Positions 9,849 to 19,983 of a stretch of 64,000 nt of DNA are shown piece after piece. Source of the stretch: an uncultured delta proteobacterium (GTDB lineage Bacteria; Myxococcota; B64-G9); NCBI GenBank assembly GCA_963754925.1, contig CAVWHX010000004.1:736001-800000 (forward strand), written 5' to 3'. The notes under the pieces are model-generated. The model saw nothing but the letters and a program-made list of their open reading frames with translations. It had not been told where the DNA came from and did no database searches. Position numbers and translations under genes: made by a program. Each line of letters begins with the position of its first letter. The stretch's first letter is position 1.

Positions 9849-12800
9849 TCATGCACTGGAAGTATGATCTTTCGTTGGTATATCTCCCCCGTCATCTTCG
9901 GAAGAGCTATTTTCGTCATCACCTTTTTCTTTGTCCTTATTATGAATAATTGGAATAATTCGTTGCGGTAGAGAAATTAAGCCAGCGCGTTCGGCTTCTT
10001 CCTTGCGTAGGCGTTCACACTCTTCACTCACCTTCCGCCGTTCACGTTGCTCGTGCTCAAGCTGGGAGCGCAAATCTTGAATCTCGTGTTCGTGCTCGAT
10101 TTTCTGTACCCGCAACTCCGCACCCTCTGCGCTGCTCTCCGCGGCCCGCCGTTCAGCCAGGCTGAGGCGCTCCAGCAGTTTTGTAAGCTCTTCCCGAATA
10201 TTTTCATCCTCGAGTAGTTTCCGCTCCAATTCCTCAAGCTCCTCACCTTGCTCCAATAGCTGTGCTTGATAGGCGGATTTTTGCTGCGTGTATTCGGCGC
10301 TCAAGCGATCGAATTCCTCGCGGCGCTCTTCGCTTTCTTCTGCGAGCTTCTGTAACTCAGCGTTTTTTGCCTCGAGATCCGATACCCGCTGATTGAGCGC
10401 GGTCCGTTCGGTGTCTGACGCCTGCAGTTCTTGTCGAACTTGTTCGAGCAGCTGATCGCGGTTTGAAAGCTCCTGCTGCATGGCTGTTCGCCGTTGCTCG
10501 ACGAGCGCCTGCTGTCGGTTAAGCTCATCGCGTTGTCCACTCACCTGCAATAACTGGTGCTGTAGTTGAGCGCATCCCTCTTGCGTTCGATTGAGCAGTT
10601 CTCCCTTGAGCCTGGTCTGCTCTTGCAAAGAAGCGATATCCTCTTTGATTTTCTCTAATTTCTGTTGGGTTACCTGGAGTTCCTCGCTTTTCAGTTGCAC
10701 ATCGGCCTTGTATCGTTCTTGATCGCCGCGAAGCTTAAGAATCTCCTGGTTGGCTTTTTCGGCGTTTGCAAGCTCCGTGGAAGTGGAAGCGAGTCGATCC
10801 TGTACTTCGGCGAGGCGCGACTGCACGCGTTCCAATTCTTTGCGTAACTGCGTTCCCTCCATCCCCCAACTTTCGGCGGCGTGCTCACTCCGCTGGAGTT
10901 GTTCGGTGCGCTCGGTCAGCTCTTGTTCCTTAAGCGCCAGACTTTGCTCAAGGGCCGCTACGCGCTGCTGGAGCTGATGCGTCGCCTCGCTTTCTTTCAA
11001 CTGCAGGTTTCGTATCTCGGTATCCCGCCGCTCCTTGTCGTGCTCAAGCACCTGCGCGGCAGACCGCAATATATCCAGCGCGGCTGCCAAGTCATCCCCG
11101 CCTTTGCGCGCTTCGTAGAGCTGGCGGGTGAGCTCATCTATCTTCTCGCGTGATTCCGCCAGGATCTCATGCTGGCGGCGCGAACGCGTTTGTAGTTCAT
11201 CAATGAGCTCAGGGCGGTTGGGCCCGTGCGTCTCACCGTCTTCGAGGCGTTTGAACAACGTCACCAGGTCCGACTCGAGCTCCTGGTTGCGCTGGCCTTG
11301 CTCGCTCAGGGCATCCGCCAACGTCTCGGCACGTTTGGCTTCCTCGGTTGACTGGCGGTGCAAATTGAGCGCCTCCTCCTGCCGTTTATTGAGTTCAGTG
11401 CGGAATACCTCGCGTTCGGCATGCCACGATGATTCCCGCTCCTTAGCTTCTGAAAGCGTCTCTTGCGCCTGCTGCAGCTTGGTCGCGAGTTCGGTGCGGT
11501 CCGCTTGAAACTTTTGTTGCTGTGCGTGTGCATCGCCGACTTCGCGCTCTAATCCTTCCGCACGCTCGTTAGCCTCCTGAATGCGGAGCAGGAGCTCGTC
11601 ACGCTCGGCGGTATTGAGCTCGAGGCGACGCTGAGCCTCGGACACGGCCTCCTGGCGTTGTTCTGCGCTCATCAACAGAGCGCGGCGCTCCATCAACCAG
11701 CTTTGGCGCTGCGCCTCCACCGCAGTCAGTTCGGACTCTAAGTGTTTTTGCTTCTGCACCATCTCAGCTCGGGCTTGCTTCAAGTTCGCAAGCTGCTTTT
11801 CCTGGCCTTCAATCTGGCGCGTGCGGTCAGCCAGCGCAAGCTCGAGCTCATCGATTTGCTTTTGTTTCGCCATGACCAATCTCTGCTGAGTGGTTATTTC
11901 ACCCTCCAGTCGCTCGGCTTCGGCCCGGGCGGCTTCCAACCAAGACAACTTTTCCGCAACTTCATTTTCGCGCGAGCGCGCAACTTGAGCCAGCTCTTCG
12001 GATTGACGACGGGTAGCCTTGACTTCGGCCGTCAATTCTCCCAGCTCGTGCCGCAACTCCTTAGTTTCTCCCTGGAATCTTTCGTTGTCGGTGCGCAGCT
12101 GCGCGAGCTCCTTGCGCAGTGCGTCGCGCTCGTTAACCGTTTGTCGTATCAACCGATGGAGATCCTCAGGCTCGATCGGGTGGTCGACCGGCAAGGCGAG
12201 CAAGAGGTTGAGCATCTCGCGTCGAACCGGCATCTCGACGAGCCGACGCTGCTGCATTTCTGAACGCTGGCGATCGAGTTGACGCTCCTTTTGGACCACC
12301 TTATTCCGCAGCGCCTCGATCTCCCAACCGTTCTGTGCCAAGCGGCTCTCAGCCTGGCTCAAACGCGTGGAAAGCTCAGCCGAACGTTCCTCAGCCTCCC
12401 GCAAGCTGACTTCCGATTCATGCGCGCTGCGTTGAGCGTCTTGCAGTCGCGACTCGAGCTCGCGGACGGCTTGATCGCGTGCGCTGCCGGCCGTGACGGT
12501 TTCACCCGCCGCTGTCTCACCGGCGCGGTACATCTTCCGCACCATCTCCTGATAGGGCAGTTGAACGAGGTACTGGTGCTCGAAGGACGCGGGCTTGTTT
12601 CCACATACCAACACAAAGGCGGCGACCTCTTCAGGGCCTGGCACTAATCCGACGTCCATCATCAGAGGGGCATCGCCAGCTGCCGGCGCTGCCGCGTTGA
12701 GCGCAATACCTAAAAACGGTCGTTGATGCAGCACCCCCACCCAGGAAAACGCTCCCTGCAAGAACCCAATAAGTTCTAATAAATCAGGCAACGATGATGG

Positions 12801-13295
12801 CGTTCGATCTGGTCGCATCCTGCCACCGCGGCTGGTGTTGGGCAACGCCGTGATGAGCCATCCCTCTGACTTAAGCACGCGCTTAATCTCCTGCAGCCAA
12901 ACGGTATCAACCTGACGGGGTAGCTCGAAATGAAACACGAGATCGAAATCCGCATCCGGCAGATCCAGGTGTTTGCCGGCAACGGCTTGAAAGGTTACCC
13001 CCCGCCGCACCGGCAAGGCTCGCGCGGCGGATAGAGCTGCACCTTCCCTCTCGAGCCCGATTACCTGCTTCGCGCCGTGCTCTTTAAGGAATATCGCACC
13101 AGTTCCATCTTGGCAGCCGAGCTCGAGCACCCGCTTGTCCACCAGAAGCGACTCGAAAAACAAATAGCGCGCTAGAATCTCTGGCCAAGATCGGTCCAGG
13201 GCATACACATCCATCCGCTGTTCCTCCAGACGCGAAATTAGCTCTTCAACCTGGTCGACTTGCTTTCTTTCACGTTTTTTTCCAGGGGAGCCCAC
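9849..13295 (-). CDS. Class I SAM-dependent methyltransferase fused to a very long coiled coil
   Basis: ARYLF...KRVLELGCQDGTG, LPDADFDLV, EIKRVLKSEGWLI..PN in the first ~250 aa; then ~850 aa of E/Q/R/L heptad-rich sequence. Confidence 0.85.
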   Translation of the reverse strand: MGSPGKKRERKQVDQVEELISRLEEQRMDVYALDRSWPEILARYLFFESLLVDKRVLELGCQDGTGAIFLKEHGAKQVIGLEREGAALSAARALPVRRGVTFQAVAGKHLDLPDADFDLVFHFELPRQVDTVWLQEIKRVLKSEGWLITALPNTSRGGRMRPDRTPSSLPDLLELIGFLQGAFSWVGVLHQRPFLGIALNAAAPAAGDAPLMMDVGLVPGPEEVAAFVLVCGNKPASFEHQYLVQLPYQEMVRKMYRAGETAAGETVTAGSARDQAVRELESRLQDAQRSAHESEVSLREAEERSAELSTRLSQAESRLAQNGWEIEALRNKVVQKERQLDRQRSEMQQRRLVEMPVRREMLNLLLALPVDHPIEPEDLHRLIRQTVNERDALRKELAQLRTDNERFQGETKELRHELGELTAEVKATRRQSEELAQVARSRENEVAEKLSWLEAARAEAERLEGEITTQQRLVMAKQKQIDELELALADRTRQIEGQEKQLANLKQARAEMVQKQKHLESELTAVEAQRQSWLMERRALLMSAEQRQEAVSEAQRRLELNTAERDELLLRIQEANERAEGLEREVGDAHAQQQKFQADRTELATKLQQAQETLSEAKERESSWHAEREVFRTELNKRQEEALNLHRQSTEEAKRAETLADALSEQGQRNQELESDLVTLFKRLEDGETHGPNRPELIDELQTRSRRQHEILAESREKIDELTRQLYEARKGGDDLAAALDILRSAAQVLEHDKERRDTEIRNLQLKESEATHQLQQRVAALEQSLALKEQELTERTEQLQRSEHAAESWGMEGTQLRKELERVQSRLAEVQDRLASTSTELANAEKANQEILKLRGDQERYKADVQLKSEELQVTQQKLEKIKEDIASLQEQTRLKGELLNRTQEGCAQLQHQLLQVSGQRDELNRQQALVEQRRTAMQQELSNRDQLLEQVRQELQASDTERTALNQRVSDLEAKNAELQKLAEESEERREEFDRLSAEYTQQKSAYQAQLLEQGEELEELERKLLEDENIREELTKLLERLSLAERRAAESSAEGAELRVQKIEHEHEIQDLRSQLEHEQRERRKVSEECERLRKEEAERAGLISLPQRIIPIIHNKDKEKGDDENSSSEDDGGDIPTKDHTSSA

Positions 13296-13850
13296 GGAGA
13301 CGTGGCATTTCTACCTACCTTATGCTCATGTTAGAAACATCTGTTACCGTAGGTCAACAGCAAACCTCTAGCCTTATCACTTTTTCAGACAATTCGTGGA
13401 GAGGTGCCACACATCCTAACACTTCGGTGACTGTACATTGACTCCCTTTCACACCAATATAGACTCTCAACCACACAAAATCAACCCACTTTTAACAAAT
13501 ATTTCACCAGGGTGGTAATATATGCTAGGCATAAAAGAAGTGCTGCCGTTGGAAAATAGTCTTTTAGTTACAGCCTATTAGATAAGTTCGAACAAAGCTG
13601 CTCCACACGCACCCATTAGTTGCGGCCAGCTCAGCCACCCGCCAAATCAGCCGCGCGGTGTAATGCGCGCACCATGCTTGGCAGCGGTGATGGTTGTTAC
13701 CTCGCTGTCCTGCCCACCAATATCGATCACTCCTCAGAAACAACCACGTTGACAACATTCGTGCCGATACGGAATATCTGTCAGCGGTAATCCGTTTCCT
13801 TCCTGTCGGGGACTATGTCGTGGCATACCAGCCGACGCGGGGAGGAGAGT

Positions 13851-14486
13851 ATGATTAAAACCTACGCCATGTTCGACGTCATTGGCGTTACCAAAGCGCT
13901 GAAGGAAGGCATCGGCAGGGATATTCTCAACGTGTTCTGGAGGACTGCTGACGCCTGGACGTACAGTGTCAGCAATATATTTCAACAAGAATACCCGCTC
14001 GACCATCGGCGGGCAGATATGACGCCAAACGTTTCAGTGGTGACATTTTCCGACTCGGCTTTGCTGACGACTCAACCGGAGTTCGAAATTGATGTGTTCT
14101 ATGGGTACGCGATATCACTGAAACATGAGTTGGAGCAATCGTTGCGGCAGGTTCTATGCGATACGTTGGAGCATGATGAAAAAATTGTTTACTGTATTGT
14201 TAATCGAGACAAGGAAATCTATCACCCTGAAACCTCTTCATACAGCGAGGCCGTGAAGGATGGCACCCTGAAACCCGCCTACCTCAACATTGCCGGCTCC
14301 GGTGCCGCATTTGCCAATCTTCTACTTGCAGATAAGGCGGTCAAAAGAATGAAACATACCTGGCATAACCGTTTCAGTCTCTATTGTGTTGGAGAGAATG
14401 CGGTTCCACAGAGCCATAGCGTTCAGGACCAGATCATGTTTAAAGGCTTTGATGAGAATGATCTGATTGTATACGCCTTGGAGTGA
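13851..14486 (+). CDS. Hypothetical protein, possibly class III nucleotide-cyclase-like fold
   Basis: SD GGAGGAG then ATG 13851; motifs AMFDVIG and VVTFSDSALL resemble the two metal-binding aspartate strands of adenylate/guanylate cyclases. Confidence 0.55.
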   Translation: MIKTYAMFDVIGVTKALKEGIGRDILNVFWRTADAWTYSVSNIFQQEYPLDHRRADMTPNVSVVTFSDSALLTTQPEFEIDVFYGYAISLKHELEQSLRQVLCDTLEHDEKIVYCIVNRDKEIYHPETSSYSEAVKDGTLKPAYLNIAGSGAAFANLLLADKAVKRMKHTWHNRFSLYCVGENAVPQSHSVQDQIMFKGFDENDLIVYALE

Positions 14487-14595
14487 CGCCACCGCGCAGC
14501 TACCATGCTGCATGAACCGTCTAGCGAGCGGTCGAGCAGAAATTCCGCAAACATAGTTCACTATCCGGTGTCAGGGTACCCCCTTTTTTTGTTCA

Positions 14596-15231
14596 TCATC
14601 CCGTGATTTTGGTGATTCCGGCATAGACAAAATAGCAAGCAAAGCAGGCCAAGAATACCGCGCACACCCCGATGAGTCCGCGATAGACACGGTTGGTTAG
14701 GAGACGGCGTCCCTTGGCCACCAGCACCGAGATGGTGGTATACCAGACAAAATCACCCGCGATATGCCCCAGGAAGAATGCCGCGATGCCGAGGGCGCCG
14801 AGGGCGCGGCAGCTCACCAGGTATCCCAGGCCGATCGTGGCCCACCAGATGGTCCAGTACGGGTTGGACAGGCTCATGAGAATCCCGGTGGAAATGAGCG
14901 GTCCGGAACGATCCTGGTGCGCATCCCAGTCGATCTTCAACGTCGGCAGCGAGCGCACCATGCCCGTAGCCATCCAGGCCAAAATGCCGGCGCCGACCAA
15001 CGCAATAGCCGCGAAGATCATGTCCTGTTTGAGCAACGGCGCTAATCCGAGGAGGAGCAGAAGCAGCATCGCAAGCTCCAGCAACGAATGCCCCAGGATA
15101 AGGAGTGGGCCAGTCAGACCGCCGCGCCGGGCGCTCTCGCTGATGGTGGCGGTCAGCAGCGGCCCCGGCATCATGGCGCCAGAGAACGCCAACATGAACG
15201 ACGTGAAAAACACCGTACCCAGCGCGAACAT
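14596..15231 (-). CDS. LysE family translocator
   Basis: AFSGAMMPGPLL, GHSLLE, SLSNPYWTIWW, FFLGHIAGDFVWY; multiple TM helices. Confidence 0.92.
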   Translation of the reverse strand: MFALGTVFFTSFMLAFSGAMMPGPLLTATISESARRGGLTGPLLILGHSLLELAMLLLLLLGLAPLLKQDMIFAAIALVGAGILAWMATGMVRSLPTLKIDWDAHQDRSGPLISTGILMSLSNPYWTIWWATIGLGYLVSCRALGALGIAAFFLGHIAGDFVWYTTISVLVAKGRRLLTNRVYRGLIGVCAVFLACFACYFVYAGITKITG

Positions 15232-15352
15232 GTTCCCACCTTAGCACAGGTTTTTGAGCGTTTGCATCATGAGATAACATATAGTGAGCCCAGAGGGGAT
15301 GACGCATCTTACGAATGAAAGCAGGTACCTTGACCCTGTTCTACGGTAACGT

Positions 15353-17041
15353 TTATCGAGGCCAGGAAATTTGATTGCGCGTGTAAAACTTAAACCCGTC
15401 GAGCACTGCACTGAGTGTAAAGTGATGACTCTGTAAATAGTCTTTGATCTCGGTGAAGCTCGTGAGGGGGTACTTGTGAAACTGGCGGAAACCCGCCGCA
15501 GAGGTATCGATGATCACGGCAGGAGGCCTCTGTTCAAGATCGCTCAAAAGTTGTGGTTTGAACCGATTCCATGCCGTTGTAATCTGATCGGCATTCGCTG
15601 GCAACTCGTAGTTGTATGAATTCATGCCAACGACGAAGTTGACACAGAAGAAGCGCGAAGCCGGCATCCGATCGGCGAAGTAGTAGATCTCAGGAAATCG
15701 CCCCCAGATGAAAATCGGCTCTTGCGAGCGGCTTCGGGCCACAACTTCTGCCGCAAGTCGCCGCGCAGTATCGTTCTCCCGCGTGTCATAGCGCGTTTCA
15801 AGAACGCCATACACCATACTCAATACCAGAGGGAGAACAGCCAGGCCGGCGATACGCAGGTGTTTTAATGCCCGTGAAGGAGGTGGACCCGAACACGCAT
15901 AACCAACAATCATGGCAAGGAAGGGCAGAAGTTGCAGGAAGTAATGTGCAAAGAACTTACCTCCGGTTGCCACTCCAAAGCAGGCGAGCACGAGCGCGGT
16001 GAGTGCGAAAGCCTCGGGCGCTCGCCACGACCGCTTTCGCCACACCGAGATCATGCAGACATATGTAAGGACCCAGAGTGGCAGCCATGCCGCAATCACC
16101 TGCGGCGCCGCCGACGCAAGGTTGCCAAAGAAGTAGGACCAGGAAAATTCCTCCATAAACGTAAAATTGTACGTCCAGGCCCAAAACAGCACGTCTTCAA
16201 CCCGACACATGAGCCAGGTAACAATCAATACGACCGCACCAGCGCAAGCCACACCCGCGGCAAACGTAAAGCAGAGAATACTGAAGCGCCGCCAGAAGCG
16301 CCTGCCGTCAGAGTTTGAAGTGAGTATGAATCCCAGCAGGATCGGTGCAACGAGTCCCGCCTGGTATTTGAACAGCGCGGCCGTACCAATCATGATCCCG
16401 CTAGCAAAAAGATTCCAAAGACCGGCGCCGGCTCGAAATCGCATGACAAAGAGCGCGGCCAGTGCAACCGGCAGATTCATCAAAATCTCGCCATTGGTGG
16501 CTACTGCATTGGGCCACAGCGTGGCCGAGAACGCGACATATACGAATGCTGCCATCCATGAGGCGCGCTCGATATCGTTTGTTGAGACACCGATACCCTT
16601 GTCACCGCCGTTCGGCACCGCACCTGACCCATTGAGGTCGCTCGACGGAGCAAGCGACCACCGGACCGTCGCGCGCAAAACCCACGCTGTTGCGAATACC
16701 CAGACCGCCGTAACGAGGTGGACAAAATACATCGATTTCGAAATGCTCATGACTGCTGCGTACCATCCGTATATAAGCGGTGGTTTGAGGTCCACTGCAT
16801 CGGTATACGCTTGTCCTCCGCGAAGGAGCACGCTCGCGAACGTGTGGTACCAGGCCTCGTCTTCATCAGAGATCGGATTGAGGAAGGCGCCCCAGCGAAA
16901 AACAAACGACGCCAAAAAAAGGCCGCCCCAGAGTCCAATCTGCGATGGCGCGCGAGAATCATCTCCCCATAGCCATCGCCAATTAGCCAAAGACTGCCGG
17001 ATCGCAGCAATTCTGTACAACCATTTGAAATTTAAACGCAA
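15353..17041 (-). CDS. ArnT/PMT-like (GT39-type) membrane glycosyltransferase; true start may be downstream
   Basis: DEDEAWY, YTDAVDLKPPL, NGEILMNLP, ALFKYQ, FFAHYFLQLLP, IFIWG..PEIYY..R.PASRF; polytopic. Confidence 0.82.
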   Translation of the reverse strand: MRLNFKWLYRIAAIRQSLANWRWLWGDDSRAPSQIGLWGGLFLASFVFRWGAFLNPISDEDEAWYHTFASVLLRGGQAYTDAVDLKPPLIYGWYAAVMSISKSMYFVHLVTAVWVFATAWVLRATVRWSLAPSSDLNGSGAVPNGGDKGIGVSTNDIERASWMAAFVYVAFSATLWPNAVATNGEILMNLPVALAALFVMRFRAGAGLWNLFASGIMIGTAALFKYQAGLVAPILLGFILTSNSDGRRFWRRFSILCFTFAAGVACAGAVVLIVTWLMCRVEDVLFWAWTYNFTFMEEFSWSYFFGNLASAAPQVIAAWLPLWVLTYVCMISVWRKRSWRAPEAFALTALVLACFGVATGGKFFAHYFLQLLPFLAMIVGYACSGPPPSRALKHLRIAGLAVLPLVLSMVYGVLETRYDTRENDTARRLAAEVVARSRSQEPIFIWGRFPEIYYFADRMPASRFFCVNFVVGMNSYNYELPANADQITTAWNRFKPQLLSDLEQRPPAVIIDTSAAGFRQFHKYPLTSFTEIKDYLQSHHFTLSAVLDGFKFYTRNQISWPR

Positions 17042-17334
17042 TAGTTACTCCACGACGCAGATAGTTTCCCGCGACAAACTTTCAAATAGGTTTAGACTAA
17101 CTCTTGTTTCAATTTCCAGTCAAACGTTGCGCGGATACTATTTTTAAACAGATACCTTCGCAAATGACCTATTACTATCAAAGACATTTTTTTCTTGTAC
17201 TGACAAATGCGCTGTGGTACGGGTCCGGGTTGTGATTAATAACAAGTAGTAAAGGCCAACGGCTTTCCATAAAGTTTTTCTTATGCTGTCATTATCCACC
17301 ATAACAAATTCCATGATATTCAGGAGGTGTCGCC

Positions 17335-18105
17335 ATGTCTGATGCAGTGCTCTTTGAACAAAGGGAAAAAACAGGCATCATCACCATCAACAAACCAAAA
17401 GCGAATCAGCTCAGCCACGAAGTATTTGAAGGCATCCGAAAAATACTTGATTCCAACGAAGCCGACGATAACGTCCGAGCGATCATTATCACGGGATCAG
17501 GTGACAAGATATTCTGCGCCGGCGCCGACCTTTCAAGCGGCATGGGAGATTTTTCGCCGGTTGACTACCTGAAGAGAGGCCAGGATGTATGGAATAAATT
17601 TGAAGATTATCCCAAACCGACCATTGCCGCGGTAAACGGTCATGCGTTAGGCGGCGGCCTTGAGCTGGCCATGGCCTGCCATTTCCGTTACATGAAAAAG
17701 GGCGCCCGAGTAGGCCTGACCGAGACCAGTCTCGGGATTATGCCCGGCTATGGCGGGTCGCTACGGCTTCCTCGTCTGGTCGGTAGACCGAAGGCCTTGG
17801 ATATGATGCTTTTTGGAAAGCAAATCGAGGCCGATGAGGCGTTAGCGATCGGATTGGTGGATAAGATATGTGAAGAAGGAAAAACGTTGGACGATGCCCT
17901 TGAGCTTGCACAGCGTCTCGCCGCACGCCCGCCGCTGTCGTTGAAAGCAATCCTCAAGTTGCTATCGGCGAGCCCCAGTATTTCGCCGGAACTGCACCTC
18001 AAAATAGAACGCGAGGAACTGGCGAAGCTATTTCAGACAGAAGACATGCGGGAAGGCACGACCGCTTTCTTTCAAAAGAGAACTCCCGAATTCAAAGGCA
18101 AGTAA
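17335..18105 (+). CDS. Enoyl-CoA hydratase/isomerase family protein
   Basis: ITINKPKAN, FCAGADL, PKPTIAAVNGHALGGGLELAMAC, GIMPGYGGSLRLPRLVG, EG..AF.QKR.PEFKG; SD AGGAGG. Confidence 0.95.
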   Translation: MSDAVLFEQREKTGIITINKPKANQLSHEVFEGIRKILDSNEADDNVRAIIITGSGDKIFCAGADLSSGMGDFSPVDYLKRGQDVWNKFEDYPKPTIAAVNGHALGGGLELAMACHFRYMKKGARVGLTETSLGIMPGYGGSLRLPRLVGRPKALDMMLFGKQIEADEALAIGLVDKICEEGKTLDDALELAQRLAARPPLSLKAILKLLSASPSISPELHLKIEREELAKLFQTEDMREGTTAFFQKRTPEFKGK

Positions 18106-18153
18106 TACCGTAGTAGGACTACTCTCAGCCGCCCCTTCTTAACGACAACGAAT

Positions 18154-18194
18154 AAAAAACCCGCGCCACTGACGTTCAGGTGAGCGGTGCGGGT
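18154..18194 (-). terminator. Probable intrinsic terminator downstream of tRNA-Phe
   Basis: Stem ACCCGCGCC (18159-18167) / GGTGCGGGT (18186-18194) followed on the minus strand by a T6 run. Confidence 0.6.
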
Positions 18195-18211
18195 CGTTTG
18201 TGCTACGATGA

Positions 18212-18284
18212 TGGCCAGGGGCGGAATTGAACCGTCGACACACGGATTTTCAGTCCGTTGCTCTGCCAACTGAGCTACCTGGCC
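18212..18284 (-). tRNA. tRNA-Phe (GAA)
   Basis: GGCCAGG TAGCTCAGTTGGCAGAGC A ACGGA CTGAAAA TCCGT GTGTC GACGG TTCAATT CCGCC CCTGGCC A cloverleaf; CCA not encoded; A-C mismatch in the T-stem. Confidence 0.96.
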
Positions 18285-18453
18285 GTAGCCGTTGCGGGAC
18301 TTTACAGAGAGCACGCTACAAGTGTCAAGGAGAAATAGGTTCTAGCCCGAAAAACACGGGCAATCGGAAAATGCTTATATTCAATAAGTACGAGTTTTGG
18401 GAACCACAGGCCAGACCCTATTTGCCCTGACCTATTTGCCCTATTTGCCCCAC

Positions 18454-19983
18454 CTACTCATAGCGTTCGAGGATCTGGACGATCTCCTGATAACCTTTGC
18501 TTTTCGCTAAATCCAGTGGCGTTTTTCCATCTTTATCTTTCAATTTTGGGTTGGCACCCTTTGCCAGCAATACTTTTACTACCTCAGCATGGCCCAGGTA
18601 TGCGGCTCCATGGAGGGGTGTATCGCCATCGGGATCTGTCGCGTTGATAGCAGCGCCCTTACTGAGCAACAACTCCACTACCGGGGTACGGCCCTGGTCA
18701 GCAGCGAGAATGAGAGGCGTCGCGTCTTTATAAGCTTTTGCGTTCACATCGGCTCCCTTGGCCAGCAATATCCTCACTATATCAGTATGGCCTTGGGCAG
18801 AAGCAATACCAAGAGGGGTGGTTTCATTATCGGTTATCGTCGGGTTTATATTGGCTCCCTTACTAAGTAATGCCGTTACTACAGCGGCATGACCGTTCTG
18901 ACAAGCCCAATAGAGAGGTGTGACGCCATTAGGTGCTTTCGTGTTCACATCAGCGCCCTTTCGAAGCAACATTTCGACCACGTCAATATGGCCGTTCAGG
19001 GAAGCTACATGGAGGGATGTAAAGCCTTCGGATGTTTTCGCATTCACATCGGCGCCCTTGCTAAGCAATACCTCGACCACAGTGGTATGACCGTTCTGGG
19101 AGGCTGAATGGAGGGATGTAAAGCCATTGAATCCTTTCGCATTCACATCGGCGCCATTGCTAAGCAATACCTCGACCACAGTGGTATGACCGTTCTGGGA
19201 GGCCATATGGAGGGGTGTAGCGTCTTCGGATGTTTTCGCATTCACGTCGGCGCCCTTACCAAGCAATACCTCAACCACGGCGGTATGGCCTTCAATACAG
19301 GCTAAAAAGAGTGGTGTAGAACCTGCGTATGTTTTCGCGTTTACATCAGCGCCCCGTGTTAGCAATGTGTTTACCACATCAGCATGACCCTCATAGGAGG
19401 CCTCATGCAGTGGCGTCCCGCCATCGGTCCTTTTCGCATTCACATCAGCACCCTTGGTAAGTAGCAGCTCCACCATGGCGTTATTGCCTTTTCTTGAGGC
19501 CATATGGAGGGGTGTCCAGCCAATGGCTGCCTTCGCATTGACGTCGGCACCATTTCTAAGCAATACCTCAACCACAGTGGTATGACCGTTCTGGGAGGCC
19601 AAATGGAGAGGTGTCCAACCATCGGTCGTTTTTATATTCACATCGGCGCCCTTACCAAGCAATGCCTCAACCACAGAGGTATGACCGCTCTGGGAGGCCA
19701 AATGGAGAGGTGTCCAACCATCGGTCATTTTCATATTTACATCGGCGCCCTTACCAAGCAACAGATCCACCATGGCAATATTGCCTTCTTTAGAGGCCAT
19801 ATGAAGGGATGTCCAACCATCGGCTGCCTTCGCATTGGCGTCGGCGCCCCCATCAAGTGGTTTCCGGATATTTGAGGGGTCTTCTTTGTAAACCTCTTCT
19901 CTCAACTCTTTCTCGCCAGGCGCCCGACACGACGAAGCGATTATCACCGCAAGAACAAGGACGGGAGCAAGAATCGACCTCAT
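18454..19983 (-). CDS. Ankyrin-repeat lipoprotein, copy 1 (509 aa)
   Basis: SD AAGGAGGT then MRSILAPVLVLAVIIASSC (lipobox-like); ~14 repeats of G.TPLH.A...GH..VVE.LL.KGADVNAK. Confidence 0.93.
   Translation of the reverse strand: MRSILAPVLVLAVIIASSCRAPGEKELREEVYKEDPSNIRKPLDGGADANAKAADGWTSLHMASKEGNIAMVDLLLGKGADVNMKMTDGWTPLHLASQSGHTSVVEALLGKGADVNIKTTDGWTPLHLASQNGHTTVVEVLLRNGADVNAKAAIGWTPLHMASRKGNNAMVELLLTKGADVNAKRTDGGTPLHEASYEGHADVVNTLLTRGADVNAKTYAGSTPLFLACIEGHTAVVEVLLGKGADVNAKTSEDATPLHMASQNGHTTVVEVLLSNGADVNAKGFNGFTSLHSASQNGHTTVVEVLLSKGADVNAKTSEGFTSLHVASLNGHIDVVEMLLRKGADVNTKAPNGVTPLYWACQNGHAAVVTALLSKGANINPTITDNETTPLGIASAQGHTDIVRILLAKGADVNAKAYKDATPLILAADQGRTPVVELLLSKGAAINATDPDGDTPLHGAAYLGHAEVVKVLLAKGANPKLKDKDGKTPLDLAKSKGYQEIVQILERYE

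Noticed and set aside
16167..17147. 326-aa plus-strand ORF
   Set aside because: Antisense to the glycosyltransferase; composition typical of a shadow ORF
13300..18200. Integron cassette array or prophage
   Set aside because: No integron integrase, convincing attC sites or phage genes; gene orientations are mixed
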